Assembly: GCA_963775435.1 (NCBI GenBank)
Contig: CAVZIZ010000015.1
Location: 13,065-77,064, forward strand
From: an uncultured Chloroflexia bacterium
Lineage (GTDB): Bacteria > Chloroflexota > Anaerolineae > Anaerolineales > Villigracilaceae
Length of the DNA stretch: 64,000 nt
Reading direction: 5' to 3'
Shown here piece by piece: positions 9,552 through 19,702 of this stretch (its first letter is position 1; every line of letters starts with the position of its first letter). Both the position numbers and the translations under genes were made by a program. The notes beneath the pieces were generated by a model that saw nothing but the letters and a program-made list of their open reading frames with translations, was not told the origin of the DNA and ran no database searches.

Positions 9552-11074
9552 ATGCCAGATTCGGCGCCTTCCTTGTTTGCCACGAAGCGATTGACTCTTG
9601 TCGTCACACTGCTGCCCTGCTGGCCCTGCTGGGCCTCGGCTTGGCCGTGCGTCTTTATGATCTCACCGATTTACCCCTCGACTTCCATCCCACGCGGCAA
9701 TTGTTGAGTGCCTTGAAGGCACGCGGCATGTACTACCAGACGGCGGGCGGGCTGCCTGATTGGCAGCGCAAGATGGCGGTTCAGCAATGGAAGAGCCGGG
9801 CAGAAGTCGAGCCCGAAGTCTTCGAGCATCTGGTTGCCTTCACATACCGCTTCACGGGCGTTCAGCTCTGGGTCCCACGTTTCTACGCATCGGTCTTCTG
9901 GCTGACTGCCGCAGTCTTTCTGTACCTGCTCGTCCGCGACCTGGTCTCTGCAGATGGGGCGGTGGCCGCTCTCGCGTATTTCCTGTTCTTGCCGTTCGCG
10001 GCGATCGCCAGCCGATCGTTCCAGCCTGACGTATTGATGATCCTGTTGATCGTTTGCTTCTGGTGGTTGGTCCTGCGCTGGTCGCACACACAAAGTTGGA
10101 CGTGGGCTCTCGTGGCAGGATTGGTTGGTGGGCTGGCTATCTATGTCAAGTTCGTAGCCGCTTTCTTCGTAATTGCGGCTGCGCTGGGCGTGGCGCTGGG
10201 TGCTTTTGGCGGACGGCTGATCCGCAAACCGCAGATTTGGGTCATGGGTGCCATCGGCGTTCTGCCGGCCTCAATCTACATCTACTATGGCGTTGTGGAA
10301 CAAGGCTTTTTGGGTCGCCAGTTCAGCGGACGCTTCATCCCCGCCCTGCTTGTCAGCCCGGTAAATTATGTGCAATGGGCGAGCCTGGCCAACCGCGCGG
10401 CCGGCGGAGTCGCCATCGCCCTTGGGCTTCTGGGCCTGCTCGTAGTCCGCGATCGGAGAGCTCGCATCTTCCTGACCTCGCTATGGATTGCGTACATCCT
10501 CTTTGGGCTCTTTTTCGACTATCACGTTGCGACACATGATTACTACCATCTGCCGCTGATTGCGATTGTTGCAGTCTCTCTTGCCCCGATTGCAGGTTCT
10601 GGGCTGTCATACTTGGCGCGCTCGACCCCGCATCCAGCGGCGCGCGCCGCTCTCTTTGGAATTCTTCTATATGTCGTGCTGTCTGCAGCGTGGGACATAC
10701 GCGCCGAGTTGAAGGCGGTCGACTATCGACCCGAAGCGATCATGTGGGGGGAGATTGGGGATCGTCTCGACCACGGGCCGAATGTAGTTGCCTTGACTCA
10801 GGACTATGGAACGCGCCTGGCCTACTGGGGTTGGCAGAATGCTATCATTTGGCCGAATTCCGGGGACATGGACTACCACGAGGCGCGGGGCGGCTCCATT
10901 GGGTTCTCCGAGCTCTTTTCGAAGCTTACTGCGGGAAACGCATACTTCCTGGTTACAGACTTCCCCGAGTTGCAGCGTCAGCCAGCGCTCCGGGCGCGGC
11001 TGGCCGATTTCGCCGTGTATGCACAAGGCGACGGCTACATCGTCTACGATCTTCAACAGCAGGTCACGCCCTGA
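9552..11074 (+). CDS. ArnT/PMT-like membrane glycosyltransferase candidate (paralog of 7098..8582), one apparent frameshift near 9615
   Basis: ATG at 9552 gives MPDSAPSLFATKRLTLVVTLL. The frame then changes inside the short CTGCTGGCC repeat into listed ORF 9641..11074 (AVRLYDLTDLPLDFHPTRQ, compare LINLSAPPLDFQPTRQ in the paralog). It ends GYIVYDLQQQVTP. Confidence 0.55.
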
Positions 11075-12000
11075 TGCTGGCTAATTCCAGCCCGATTCTC
11101 GTCACCGGCGCCCACCGGACGGGTACAACCTGGGTCGGCAAGTTGCTGGCTGCGGGTCCGGATGTCGCTTACATCAGCGAGCCGCTCAACGTCCTGCATC
11201 GTGGCGGCGTTCTGCGCGCCAAGGTCCCTTACTGGTACACGTATGTTTGCAGCGAAAATGAGGGCGACTACTACAGCTCTTTCATGGAGTTGCTTGCTTA
11301 TCGATACCATTTGGGCGCAGAGCTGGGTTCGCTTCGGTCGGGCCGCGATCTGCTTCGAATGGGGCGGGATCTTGGAATCTTCACGGCGGCGCGCCTGATG
11401 CGACGCAGGCCCTTGCTGAAGGATCCGTTTGCCGTTTTCTCCCTGGCTTGGTTCGCCGAGCGCCTGAACTGCAGGATCGTGGTGACCGTGCGTCATCCGG
11501 CGGCGTTTGTCGGCAGCCTGAAACGTCTAAACTGGTCCTTTGACTTTGAGGACCTGCTCGAGCAGCCGCTGCTCATGCGCGACTACTTGGAGCCTTATCG
11601 GACCGCAATGCAGTCTGAAATGCCAGGCGATATCGTTGGTCAGGCGAGCCTGCTGTGGGCAATGATCTATGGCTGCCTGTACCAGATGCAGGAACGTCTT
11701 CCCTCGTTGCTCTTCGTCCGCCATGAGGACCTATCCCAACATCCAACCCAGGGTTTCAAGGATCTGTACGCGGAATTGGGTTTGGCGTTCTCGCCGCGCG
11801 TGGAGCGCGCGGTCGTGCAGTCCAGCAGCGCTGAGAATCCAGACCAGTCGACGCCCGGCCGCGTACACTCCGTGCACCTCGACAGCCGGGCCAACTTGGG
11901 TAACTGGAAGCATCGCCTGTCTCCCGATGAAGTCGCCCGCATTTTGCGGATCACCGGGGACGTAGCCCGCCTGTATTATCCTGACCAGGACTGGAATTGA
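11074..12000 (+). CDS. Sulfotransferase
   Basis: MLANSSPILVTGAHRTGTTWVGKLL resembles the PAPS 5'-phosphosulfate loop, and VTVRHPAAFVGS resembles the 3'-phosphate motif. The ATG overlaps the upstream TGA. The listed ORF 10690..12000 is an upstream out-of-gene extension. Confidence 0.7.
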   Translation: MLANSSPILVTGAHRTGTTWVGKLLAAGPDVAYISEPLNVLHRGGVLRAKVPYWYTYVCSENEGDYYSSFMELLAYRYHLGAELGSLRSGRDLLRMGRDLGIFTAARLMRRRPLLKDPFAVFSLAWFAERLNCRIVVTVRHPAAFVGSLKRLNWSFDFEDLLEQPLLMRDYLEPYRTAMQSEMPGDIVGQASLLWAMIYGCLYQMQERLPSLLFVRHEDLSQHPTQGFKDLYAELGLAFSPRVERAVVQSSSAENPDQSTPGRVHSVHLDSRANLGNWKHRLSPDEVARILRITGDVARLYYPDQDWN

Positions 12001-12779
12001 AAGCCTCCGAACCGCTCGTATCGATTGTGACGCCATCGCGCAATCAAGGGCGTTTCCTTGAGGCAACCATCCAATCGGTGCTGTCCCAGGATTACCCTCG
12101 TATCGAGTACATCATTGTGGACGGGGGCTCCACGGATGGCAGTGTTGACGTGATTCGCAATCACGCGCCGCAGCTTTCATGGTGGGTCAGTGAGCCCGAT
12201 GATGGCCAGACGGATGCCATCAACAAGGGATTCTCCCACGCGCATGGTGAGATTCTCGCCTGGCTCAATTCGGACGACACGTACGAGCCGGGCGCCGTTA
12301 CCGCTGGCGTGCGGGCTTTGCAGGCTTGTGCTGACTGTGGGATGATCTACGGTGGCGCGCACTACATCGATGAGCGCGGACGCATCGTGGGCACGTTCCC
12401 GGCCGCCCAAACGGACTACATTCGGCTTCGCCAGGGCTACGTTCACATCCCGCAGCAGGCTGCGTTCTTCCGTGCCAGTCTGTGGAAGACTCTTGGGCCT
12501 CTGGACACGTCGTTCTACTTCGCCATGGATTACGATTTGTGGCTGCGCATTGCTGGCCGCACGCAAGTAAAATACATCCCGCAGATCTGGGCCAACTTCC
12601 GCTTGCACACGGCCGCTAAGACGATCGCCGCGGACGACAGGTGCTGGCCCGAAATGCTAAGGGTTCACTACCGGGACGGCGGTGGAATTCTCTCGATCCT
12701 TGTGGCCAAATACTATCTTCGCAAGTTGCTGGCGCCCATCTGGAACTGGCGGCGGCGGCGCCTGCTCGGGATTGGGTAA
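11997..12779 (+). CDS. Family 2 glycosyltransferase (paralog of 8579..9508)
   Basis: VSIVTPSRNQ...VDGGSTDGS...LNSDD. TTG start overlaps the upstream stop (TTGA). Confidence 0.8.
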   Translation: MKASEPLVSIVTPSRNQGRFLEATIQSVLSQDYPRIEYIIVDGGSTDGSVDVIRNHAPQLSWWVSEPDDGQTDAINKGFSHAHGEILAWLNSDDTYEPGAVTAGVRALQACADCGMIYGGAHYIDERGRIVGTFPAAQTDYIRLRQGYVHIPQQAAFFRASLWKTLGPLDTSFYFAMDYDLWLRIAGRTQVKYIPQIWANFRLHTAAKTIAADDRCWPEMLRVHYRDGGGILSILVAKYYLRKLLAPIWNWRRRRLLGIG

Positions 12780-12841
12780 CGTGACTCACAACGGGTATTG
12801 CGCGGCATCGACCACCGATTGCAGATGGTTGGTTCGATCCA

Positions 12842-13465
12842 ATGAGGTGGATCTTTGCGCCGCCCGAGGCGGACGATCTCGTCCGGCTCCTCAGGGCTTG
12901 GCGATTCTGGTTCCTGGGCGCGGTTGCGGGCGCCCTCGCGGGAGCGGCGGTCTTCTATGTTGCTCCACCGCCGTATCGCGCCCGCGCCACGGTGAACGTC
13001 GATTTCCATCTTGAGCAGGCCTGGCCACAGAACACCGATCGCGAGCAGTTCTACTATCTGGAACGCGAAACGCGCAAACTGGAAGAATTGGCCATGTCAG
13101 ACGCCACGCTCGGCGCCGTGGCCAGCAGCGTCCCCGGAATGACCGTTCTGCAAATGCGCGCCGGCAAACTTCAGCTGGCCCAGCCAGGAAACGGCGGCTG
13201 GCACTTCTACGCCGACGATCCGGACCCGCAACGGGCGGCCGCGCGAGCCGCGGCCTGGGCCGAATCGTTCACCCGGCAGGTTGAGGCGCAGGTTGTTGCC
13301 GGTTCATCAGGGGGTTTGGAGCCATACATCAGAGTCGATCCGGCACAAACGGCGAACCTTCCAGTGAGTCGATTTCCGGGCCTCGCGGTCTACCTGTCGA
13401 TCGGCGCCGTCGTGCTCCTGGCGCTGTCTGCTTTCACGTTCTTGTACACCAAATTAAGGCCATGA
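12842..13465 (+). CDS. Small Wzz/PCP-like polysaccharide chain-length determinant candidate
   Basis: N-terminal helix followed by PPPYRARATVNVDF (Wzz-like start), a soluble middle region and a C-terminal helix (LAVYLSIGAVVLLALSAF). Function is inferred from topology and context only. Confidence 0.4.
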   Translation: MRWIFAPPEADDLVRLLRAWRFWFLGAVAGALAGAAVFYVAPPPYRARATVNVDFHLEQAWPQNTDREQFYYLERETRKLEELAMSDATLGAVASSVPGMTVLQMRAGKLQLAQPGNGGWHFYADDPDPQRAAARAAAWAESFTRQVEAQVVAGSSGGLEPYIRVDPAQTANLPVSRFPGLAVYLSIGAVVLLALSAFTFLYTKLRP

Positions 13466-14897
13466 GGCGCCTGTGGCGATCACTCGGCATGGAAGCGATT
13501 GCGCGCTTCCTTTGGGCGGCGACATTGGTGACTTTGCCGGTAACGAGTTTCCGCTATTTTCCGGCCGGCGATGCAACATATGTGCGGCCCTTGGCTGCTT
13601 ATCCTCTTGGATTATTGGCGGTGGCCCTGCTCATTATGCTTGCTCGTGGAAGGCAAACCTTTCCACTGTCGCCGTCTCTCACGCCTTTGACCGCCTTCCT
13701 TCTGATTGCCGCGGCTGCGAGCATGCTGGGAATCGCCCTCGCGCCCGTTCCTCTGCGTGGCCAGGATATAACGGGACGCATTGTCCGCGCCTGGGTGACC
13801 GTGGTTCTTGGCATGATGTTCTTTGTGGCGGCGGCCTGGATGAATCGGAACGACGACGAGTTGCGCCGTTCGGTACGCTGGCTGCTGGTGGGCCTCGCCC
13901 TGGACATGCTCTGGAGTGGACTGCAGGGCGCCACGTTCTACCTGAACGTCTTGCCCAAGCCTTTGGTCACCAATTGGCAGCGGGCCTTCTCCTCCGCGAG
14001 CTCATCCGTACCAATCGAATCTCAGGCATGGCCTATGAGCCCTCATGGCTGGCAGGCCAGATCTCAACACTTTACATGCCGTGGCTCTTTGCGGCCGTGA
14101 TCACGGGCGTGAGGCTGACTCGCCTCAAGTGGCTTGAGCCGGCTTTGTTCATCTTGGCGGTGGCACTGTTGCTCGCAACTTTCTCGCGGGGAGGCTTGCT
14201 GACGGCGGGATTTGCGACGGTGGTGACGCTCGTGCTGGTCGGGCAATCCCACATTGGCGGCGCTTGGCGCTGGCTGCGGTCCGGGTTGAGTCATGCCCGC
14301 GCCTGGACCTCGCGACTGGCCGTCATTTTGCTCTGCATTGCGCTGGGCGCCGGTGCAGTCCTGTTCCTTGGGCAGAAGGGCTACATAGCACGTCTCTGGA
14401 ACACACGCGCCTCCAGCGTCTCGGATTTCCTGATACAGAACTCTGCAGGCGCCCGTGCGGCGTATTTGTGGGGGGCCATGGACGCCTATCAAGCTCATCC
14501 CTGGCTGGGCGTTGGCCTTGGAGCCAGCGGTTTCTACATCTATTCGGGACTGCCAGATTGGGCGCTGACGACCGTGCCCGAAATCGCGCGTCAGCTGAGT
14601 CCTTCGAATGTGCTCTATCCCAATCCAAAGAACATCTATGTCCGGCTGTTGGCGGAAACGGGGCTGCTGGGCTTTGTGCTCTTCATGGCGTTCCAGTTCT
14701 CGCTGTTAGGCGATTCGCTTGTGGCGCTCCGCCGCGGAAGCCTTACGTGGCGCTTCCTTGGAGTCGCAGCTATCTTCACCTGGTTTGGCCTGCTCGTTTA
14801 CAACATCACGCAAGATTCATTGGCTATACCAAACCTTTGGGTAAATCTCGGGATCCTCACGGGAATGATGGCTGGTTCACGGAAGCCGATTACATGA
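13462..14897 (+). CDS. O-antigen ligase/polymerase-like (Wzy_C-type) membrane protein, one apparent frameshift near 13985
   Basis: Listed ORFs 13462..14100 and 13473..14897 join at ...NWQRA / LLLRELIRTNRISGMAYEPSWLAGQ. Downstream are FSRGGLL and many helices, typical of the O-antigen ligase family. Confidence 0.6.
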
Positions 14898-14990
14898 GAT
14901 CGAGAACAGCACTGGATCGCTGGCGCCTCACGCCGCTTGATTCTCGGTTCATGCCCTCGGGAGACTTGGCGTGACTCCGGTAGGCGAGCC

Positions 14991-15720
14991 ATGATTGTTC
15001 TTTCCGTCGGGATGCCCAGGGCCGGTTCTGGCTGGCACTACAACCTGATTCATGACCTGATGCGCACAACGCATTGCGCCGAGGCCGCCGACATCCGGTC
15101 ACGGTTCCACCTGCATGGTATTCTGACCGAGGTGAACTGTAACATCGGCGTGCTTTCGGCCCGGCGGCTCGCAATGGTTGCAGTCCCGTCCGTTCTCGGC
15201 AACACCTTTGTGATCAAGGCGCATGCGCGCCCGACGCTTGCCTCGCGCTTGTTGGGTGCCGCGGGATGGATGCGCACCACGTACATCTACCGGGATCCCC
15301 GTGACGCCATGCTATCCGCCATGGACTATGGCCGCCACGCCCTCGAGAGAGGCCGTCCAAATGCCTTCTCGCCGGTCGCAGATTTCGAGCGCGCCCTCGA
15401 CTTCATGATGGCATACGTACACATCTGGGAGTACTGGAGCCGTGAGCGCCGAGTGCTCGTCTCGCGCTACGAGGATCTGCTCCGCGAGTATGACGTGGAA
15501 TCAGCTCGACTGTGTGAGTATCTGCACCTGGATAGCCGCAGTCCGGATGTCAGGCAAGTGCTTGAGCGCAACCGTCCCGAGCGGTCCGAGGGCCGGCAAG
15601 GGACTCATTACTTCAAGGGCCGCATAGGGCGGTTTCGAGAGGCCTTCACTTCCCAGCAACAAGCCGCGCCTGGCACAGAGGTTTGGACGCTTCCTCGGAC
15701 CGATGGGTTACTCGGCGTAG
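14991..15720 (+). CDS. Sulfotransferase, apparent frameshift near 15655
   Basis: MIVLSVGMPRAGSGWHYN (PSB-loop-like) and YIYRDPRDAMLS (3'PB-like). After FTSQQ the neighbouring frame reads KPRLAQRFGRFLGPMGYSA-stop (TAG 15718-15720), a typical family C-terminus. The listed ORF instead runs on to 15812. Confidence 0.6.
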
Positions 15721-15823
15721 CCAGGCGCTGGTTTGCGCGGTCTCCGGACCAGCTTGCATCGCACGCCTTGGAATTCCAGAGCCAGGGGCTCTTTCGAGGT
15801 CGCTTTGAGTGACTCCGTCTGCC

Positions 15824-16600
15824 ATGCCAGTTTCTAACGGTCTGCACTACTTTGCCCTCGCAGCCGAAAACTACTTGCGGCCGCCCGTTGTGCTCTTGCA
15901 TGGCGCGGGCGGCCATCACCTATATTGGCCCCCTCAAGTTCGGCGCCTGCCCGGTCAGCGCATCATTGCGCTTGATTTGCCTGGGCACGGCAAGTCGGCT
16001 GGCACGGGCTATCACACCATTGAGCACTACGCCGCTGGAGTTGCAGATTTCCTGCGGTCGATCGGAGCCAGTGCGGCGATTTTGGTGGGGCATTCCATGG
16101 GAGGGGCCATTGCTCTTCAAATGGCCCTCGAGCATCCGCGGCATGTGCTGGGCCTGTGCCTGGTCGGAACCGGCGCAAAGCTGCGGGTGGCGCCAGCCCT
16201 ATTGGAGGCCTCAGCCGACCCGGAAAGATTTCACGAAGCGATAGCGCTTATCCGCGCCCTCTCGTTTGCCCCCCAGAGCAGCCCCCGACTCCAGGAGATG
16301 GCAAGCGCCCGCATGACCGAAATCCGGCCATCGGTACTGCACGGGGATTTGTTGGCTTGCAATGCCTTCGACGTGACGAGGCGCTTGGGGCAGGTCGCCG
16401 TGCCGACGCTTGTGATCTGCGGGGGCGAGGACAAGATGACTCCGCCATGGTACTCGGAGTTGCTGAAGAGACACATCACCGGTTCTACGCTGGAGCTGGT
16501 GCCGGACGCCGGCCATATGGTCATGCTGGAGCAGCCGGAGGCAGTTGCGGGGTACGTGGAACGCTTCTTGAACAGCCTTACCTACCGGCCGGGCCGGTAA
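15824..16600 (+). CDS. Alpha/beta-fold hydrolase
   Basis: LLHGAGGH...GHSMGG nucleophile elbow, with PDAGHMVMLEQPE near the C-terminus. An alternative GTG start lies at 15809. Confidence 0.8.
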   Translation: MPVSNGLHYFALAAENYLRPPVVLLHGAGGHHLYWPPQVRRLPGQRIIALDLPGHGKSAGTGYHTIEHYAAGVADFLRSIGASAAILVGHSMGGAIALQMALEHPRHVLGLCLVGTGAKLRVAPALLEASADPERFHEAIALIRALSFAPQSSPRLQEMASARMTEIRPSVLHGDLLACNAFDVTRRLGQVAVPTLVICGGEDKMTPPWYSELLKRHITGSTLELVPDAGHMVMLEQPEAVAGYVERFLNSLTYRPGR

Positions 16601-16687
16601 GCCATTCCTTCCTCACGAGGAAAGAACTCTGGTGCCAAAGGCTGGGTAGGGGCGGGAGCAAGATTGCTTGGCGAGTAGACGGCTGCC

Positions 16688-17287
16688 TCAATGTGGCAGC
16701 AGGTCCTTCAATACGGCCCTTGCTTGCATCATGGCCCGGGCTCGATGGCTCACGCGATTCTTCTCCGCCATGGGCAGCTCGGCCATCGTGTGCCCCGTCT
16801 GCCCGACCAGGAATATGGCGTCGTATCCGAAGCCATCCGTGCCGCGTTCCTCCGGGATGATCTCACCCGAGCAGGTGCCTTCCACACATCTGACCGCCCC
16901 GTGGGGTACCGCAATTGCCACCGCCGCTCGGAAGCGGGCGGTCCACGGCCGGGGCTTGTCCCCGAGGTTTTTCAGCAGATACGCGCGTCGATCAGCATCA
17001 CTGGCCGTCTTCCCGGGAAGGTATCGCGCCGAGTACAGCCCCGGTGCCCCGCCGAGGGCGTCAACTTCAAGGCCCGAATCGTCCGCAAGGCTCATGAGGC
17101 CGCTGGCTTCTGCGTAGGCGACTGCCTTCTTGGCCGCGTTTTCCTCGTACGTACTGCCGTCCTCGAGTATCTCCAGATGCAGACCAACGTCTTCGGGCCT
17201 GACCCACTGGATCGGCAGACCGCCCAGCAGATCGAGGAACTCCCGCCTTTTTCCCTCGTTTTGCGTGGCAAGCACAAGCCTAAGCAT
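16688..17287 (-). CDS. rdgB: Non-canonical purine NTP pyrophosphatase (dITP/XTP pyrophosphatase)
   Basis: MLRLVLATQNEGKRREF...SGLEVDALGGAPGLYSARY...FGYDAIF are HAM1/RdgB signatures. The start overlaps the queG stop. Confidence 0.85.
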   Translation of the reverse strand: MLRLVLATQNEGKRREFLDLLGGLPIQWVRPEDVGLHLEILEDGSTYEENAAKKAVAYAEASGLMSLADDSGLEVDALGGAPGLYSARYLPGKTASDADRRAYLLKNLGDKPRPWTARFRAAVAIAVPHGAVRCVEGTCSGEIIPEERGTDGFGYDAIFLVGQTGHTMAELPMAEKNRVSHRARAMMQARAVLKDLLPH

Positions 17288-18374
17288 CGCGATGTGAACG
17301 GTCGTTGATGCGTCGGATTGCCCACGTGGCATGCTCGGCTACCATGGGATCGGGGCCGGTCGCGGCAGCCTCGAGTACAGAGATCGCATCCGCGCCGGCG
17401 ACATTTCCGAGCGCCACCGTTACGTTCCTGCGGTATCCGCTGTGCTTGGCGCGCCTGATCGGCGTGCTCTTGAATTGCTCCTCGAACGCTTGCGATGTGA
17501 GTCGCATTTCGGCTATCAAATCGGGCTGGGACTGTCGGCCGGAGCTGCGGAAGGCCGTCTCGCCTTCGGCCTCCGCGAAGCGGTTCCACGGACACACCAT
17601 CTGGCAGATATCACAGCCAAATATCCAATTGTCCATGCGTGACCTGAGATCTTCAGGGATCCGTTCCTTGAGCTCGATGGTTAGATACGAGATGCACTGG
17701 CGCGCGTCAAGGGTTCGGTCCGGCAGGATGCAGTCCGTAGGGCAGGCTTCAATGCATCGTCTGCACGTCCCGCAGTGGTCCGTGGCGAACGGTGGGTCAG
17801 GTTCCAGCACCAGGTCAAGGAAGACCTCGGCCAGAAGCACGTAGGAGCCTACCTTCGGATTGATCAGACACGTATTCTTACCAATCCACCCCAGGCCAGC
17901 GCGTTGCGCCAGGTCGCGTTCGAGGATTGGCCCGGTATCTGTGTACCAGAGACTGGACACATCGCGGCCCGCCTGATCCCGGATGAATTTGACGAGCGCC
18001 TTGATGCGTTTCGGCAGCACCAAATGGTAGTCTTCGCCCCACGCGTACGCGGCGGATTTGCCCACCGCGGCCCCGACATGGCCACTCGTGGCGGACGAAG
18101 CCGCATTGCCCGGATCTGAATAGGGAATTGCCAGAACGACGATCGACCTGCATTCCGGCATGACGAGCCGCGGATCGCTCCGACGCAGGCGGCCGCGCGG
18201 TTCGGCTAGGTAAGTCATCTGCCCATGGCGGCCCAGTTGAAGCCAGCGCTCAAAGACTGCCGCGTGCTCCGGTGGATCAGGACTCGTCACGCCGGCCAGG
18301 ACGAATCCCAGCCGGCGTGCTTCATCCTTGATGGATTGTTTGAGCGATGAATTTGGGCGGTTGTCGGCCGTCAC
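17280..18374 (-). CDS. queG: Epoxyqueuosine reductase
   Basis: CGTCRRCIEACPTDCI and CDICQMVCPWN 4Fe-4S motifs after a DUF1730-like N-terminal region, followed by a HEAT-like C-terminus. GTG start overlaps the upstream stop (GTGA). Confidence 0.85.
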   Translation of the reverse strand: MTADNRPNSSLKQSIKDEARRLGFVLAGVTSPDPPEHAAVFERWLQLGRHGQMTYLAEPRGRLRRSDPRLVMPECRSIVVLAIPYSDPGNAASSATSGHVGAAVGKSAAYAWGEDYHLVLPKRIKALVKFIRDQAGRDVSSLWYTDTGPILERDLAQRAGLGWIGKNTCLINPKVGSYVLLAEVFLDLVLEPDPPFATDHCGTCRRCIEACPTDCILPDRTLDARQCISYLTIELKERIPEDLRSRMDNWIFGCDICQMVCPWNRFAEAEGETAFRSSGRQSQPDLIAEMRLTSQAFEEQFKSTPIRRAKHSGYRRNVTVALGNVAGADAISVLEAAATGPDPMVAEHATWAIRRINDRSHRDA

Positions 18375-18979
18375 TTCACCACGATCTTCACATAGATCGG
18401 CCGTGGGAACGGTGTGCCGTTAGCGTTGGCCATCTGCCAGCCGCTAAGGTACACACCCGCTTTCGTGGGGGCCGTAAAATTAACCGACACCTCCACCTCC
18501 TGGCCTGGAGCGACGACTCCTGTGAACGGCTGAGCAATGCCCGCCAGGCGATCTCCGTAGCTGAATATCAGTCCGTAGCCGGCGCCCCACGTGCATGCCC
18601 CGTTGTTCCTGACCAGCCATGTCTTGACAAATTCCTGGCCCAGTTGCATTTCGGTGTTGTCCGGTACGTTCACGTCGACGGTGGCCTCATCATAGATGAG
18701 TGCATCGCATAACGGGGGAGTGGCGGTCACGCCACCCGGCAGCAGCGTGGGCGTATCGGTGATCGGCGTCCCCGAGACCGAAACAATCGTCGGCGTCTCT
18801 GTCTCTGTCGGCAGTGAGGTCGAGGTGATTGCTGCCGTCAGCGTGAAATTGGCAATCACGGTCTGCGCCGCGCTCGTCTGGATCAGCGAAATATCCGGGG
18901 TCGGCGGGACCGGCGTCGCCACGCAGGACACCAGTAGCAGCGATCCGACCATGGACAAGATCAGCATCCGTGTCTTCAT
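18371..18979 (-). CDS. Lipoprotein with NBR1 FW-like (Ig-like) domain
   Basis: Signal peptide with lipobox (LLLVSC), a Thr/Pro-rich linker, then GQEFVKTWLVRNNGACTWGAGYGLIFSYGDRLAG. GGAGG RBS. Confidence 0.7.
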   Translation of the reverse strand: MKTRMLILSMVGSLLLVSCVATPVPPTPDISLIQTSAAQTVIANFTLTAAITSTSLPTETETPTIVSVSGTPITDTPTLLPGGVTATPPLCDALIYDEATVDVNVPDNTEMQLGQEFVKTWLVRNNGACTWGAGYGLIFSYGDRLAGIAQPFTGVVAPGQEVEVSVNFTAPTKAGVYLSGWQMANANGTPFPRPIYVKIVVK

Positions 18980-19015
18980 GGGGCCTCCTCTACGAGTTCG
19001 TTGCCGCTTGCCTGG

Positions 19016-19702
19016 TCAACCGACGATGATATCGATCGAGACCAGCGAGCCGAACCACTCTCCGGCATCGCTCTTCATCTGCCAGTAGCCGATGTACTCG
19101 CCCTTGGCCTTGGGCGTTTGCAGGTGCACGACGAAGGCTTGCGAATGACCGGGTTCCGTGATCTGATCGCTGCTTACGATCAGGACGTCCGCGCCGCTCA
19201 TCCGCTCGCCGGATTTGTACGCAAAGCTGTACCCCTGATCCCACGCGCAGGTGCCGGTGTTCTGAAGTGACCAGCCATTCTTGAATTCTTTCAGCCCGTC
19301 CAACACCGTCTTGTCAGCCACCGTCTGCCCCAAATACACTGCATTGTTGCAGCCCACGGCGAAGCCTCCCTGGCTGGAGCCGGTGGACTGTGTCGGGAGC
19401 GGCGTGACACCCGGGAGGGGCGTGTTTATCAGGAAGGTCCCGAAGGTGGGAACCCCTCCCACGGCGAACGTCGGTAGCAGAGATGTCGGGCTTGCCAGGG
19501 CTGTGGGGCTGGCCGTAGGCGAAGCGGCCGCCGCCGTTTGTGTTTCCCCCAGACCGGATTGGGCGATGAGCGTCTCGGCTGCTACCGTGTAGAGTGCACT
19601 GACGTCAGGTGTGGGTTCGGCTGACTTTCCGAGATTGCAGGAGGACGCGGCTAGCGCCAACACGACAGCCGCAGCACCCCAAAGGTGTCGCTTGTGAACC
19701 AT
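19016..19702 (-). CDS. Lipoprotein with NBR1 FW-like domain
   Basis: Lipobox LAASSC, an Ala/Pro/Thr linker, then FKNGWSLQNTGTCAWDQGYSFAYKSGERMSG. GGAGG RBS. Confidence 0.7.
   Translation of the reverse strand: MVHKRHLWGAAAVVLALAASSCNLGKSAEPTPDVSALYTVAAETLIAQSGLGETQTAAAASPTASPTALASPTSLLPTFAVGGVPTFGTFLINTPLPGVTPLPTQSTGSSQGGFAVGCNNAVYLGQTVADKTVLDGLKEFKNGWSLQNTGTCAWDQGYSFAYKSGERMSGADVLIVSSDQITEPGHSQAFVVHLQTPKAKGEYIGYWQMKSDAGEWFGSLVSIDIIVG

Noticed and set aside
10690-11073. 128-aa N-terminal extension of the sulfotransferase ORF 10690..12000
   Set aside because: It overlaps the 3' part of the GT39-like gene in another frame and has no motif content. The family-typical N-terminus begins at the ATG at 11074, coupled to the upstream stop.
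12820-12850. tRNA-like T-loop sequence GGTTCGATCC
   Set aside because: No complementary acceptor stem, D-arm or anticodon arm can be drawn in the ~75 nt upstream. The sequence lies at the start of the Wzz-like gene.
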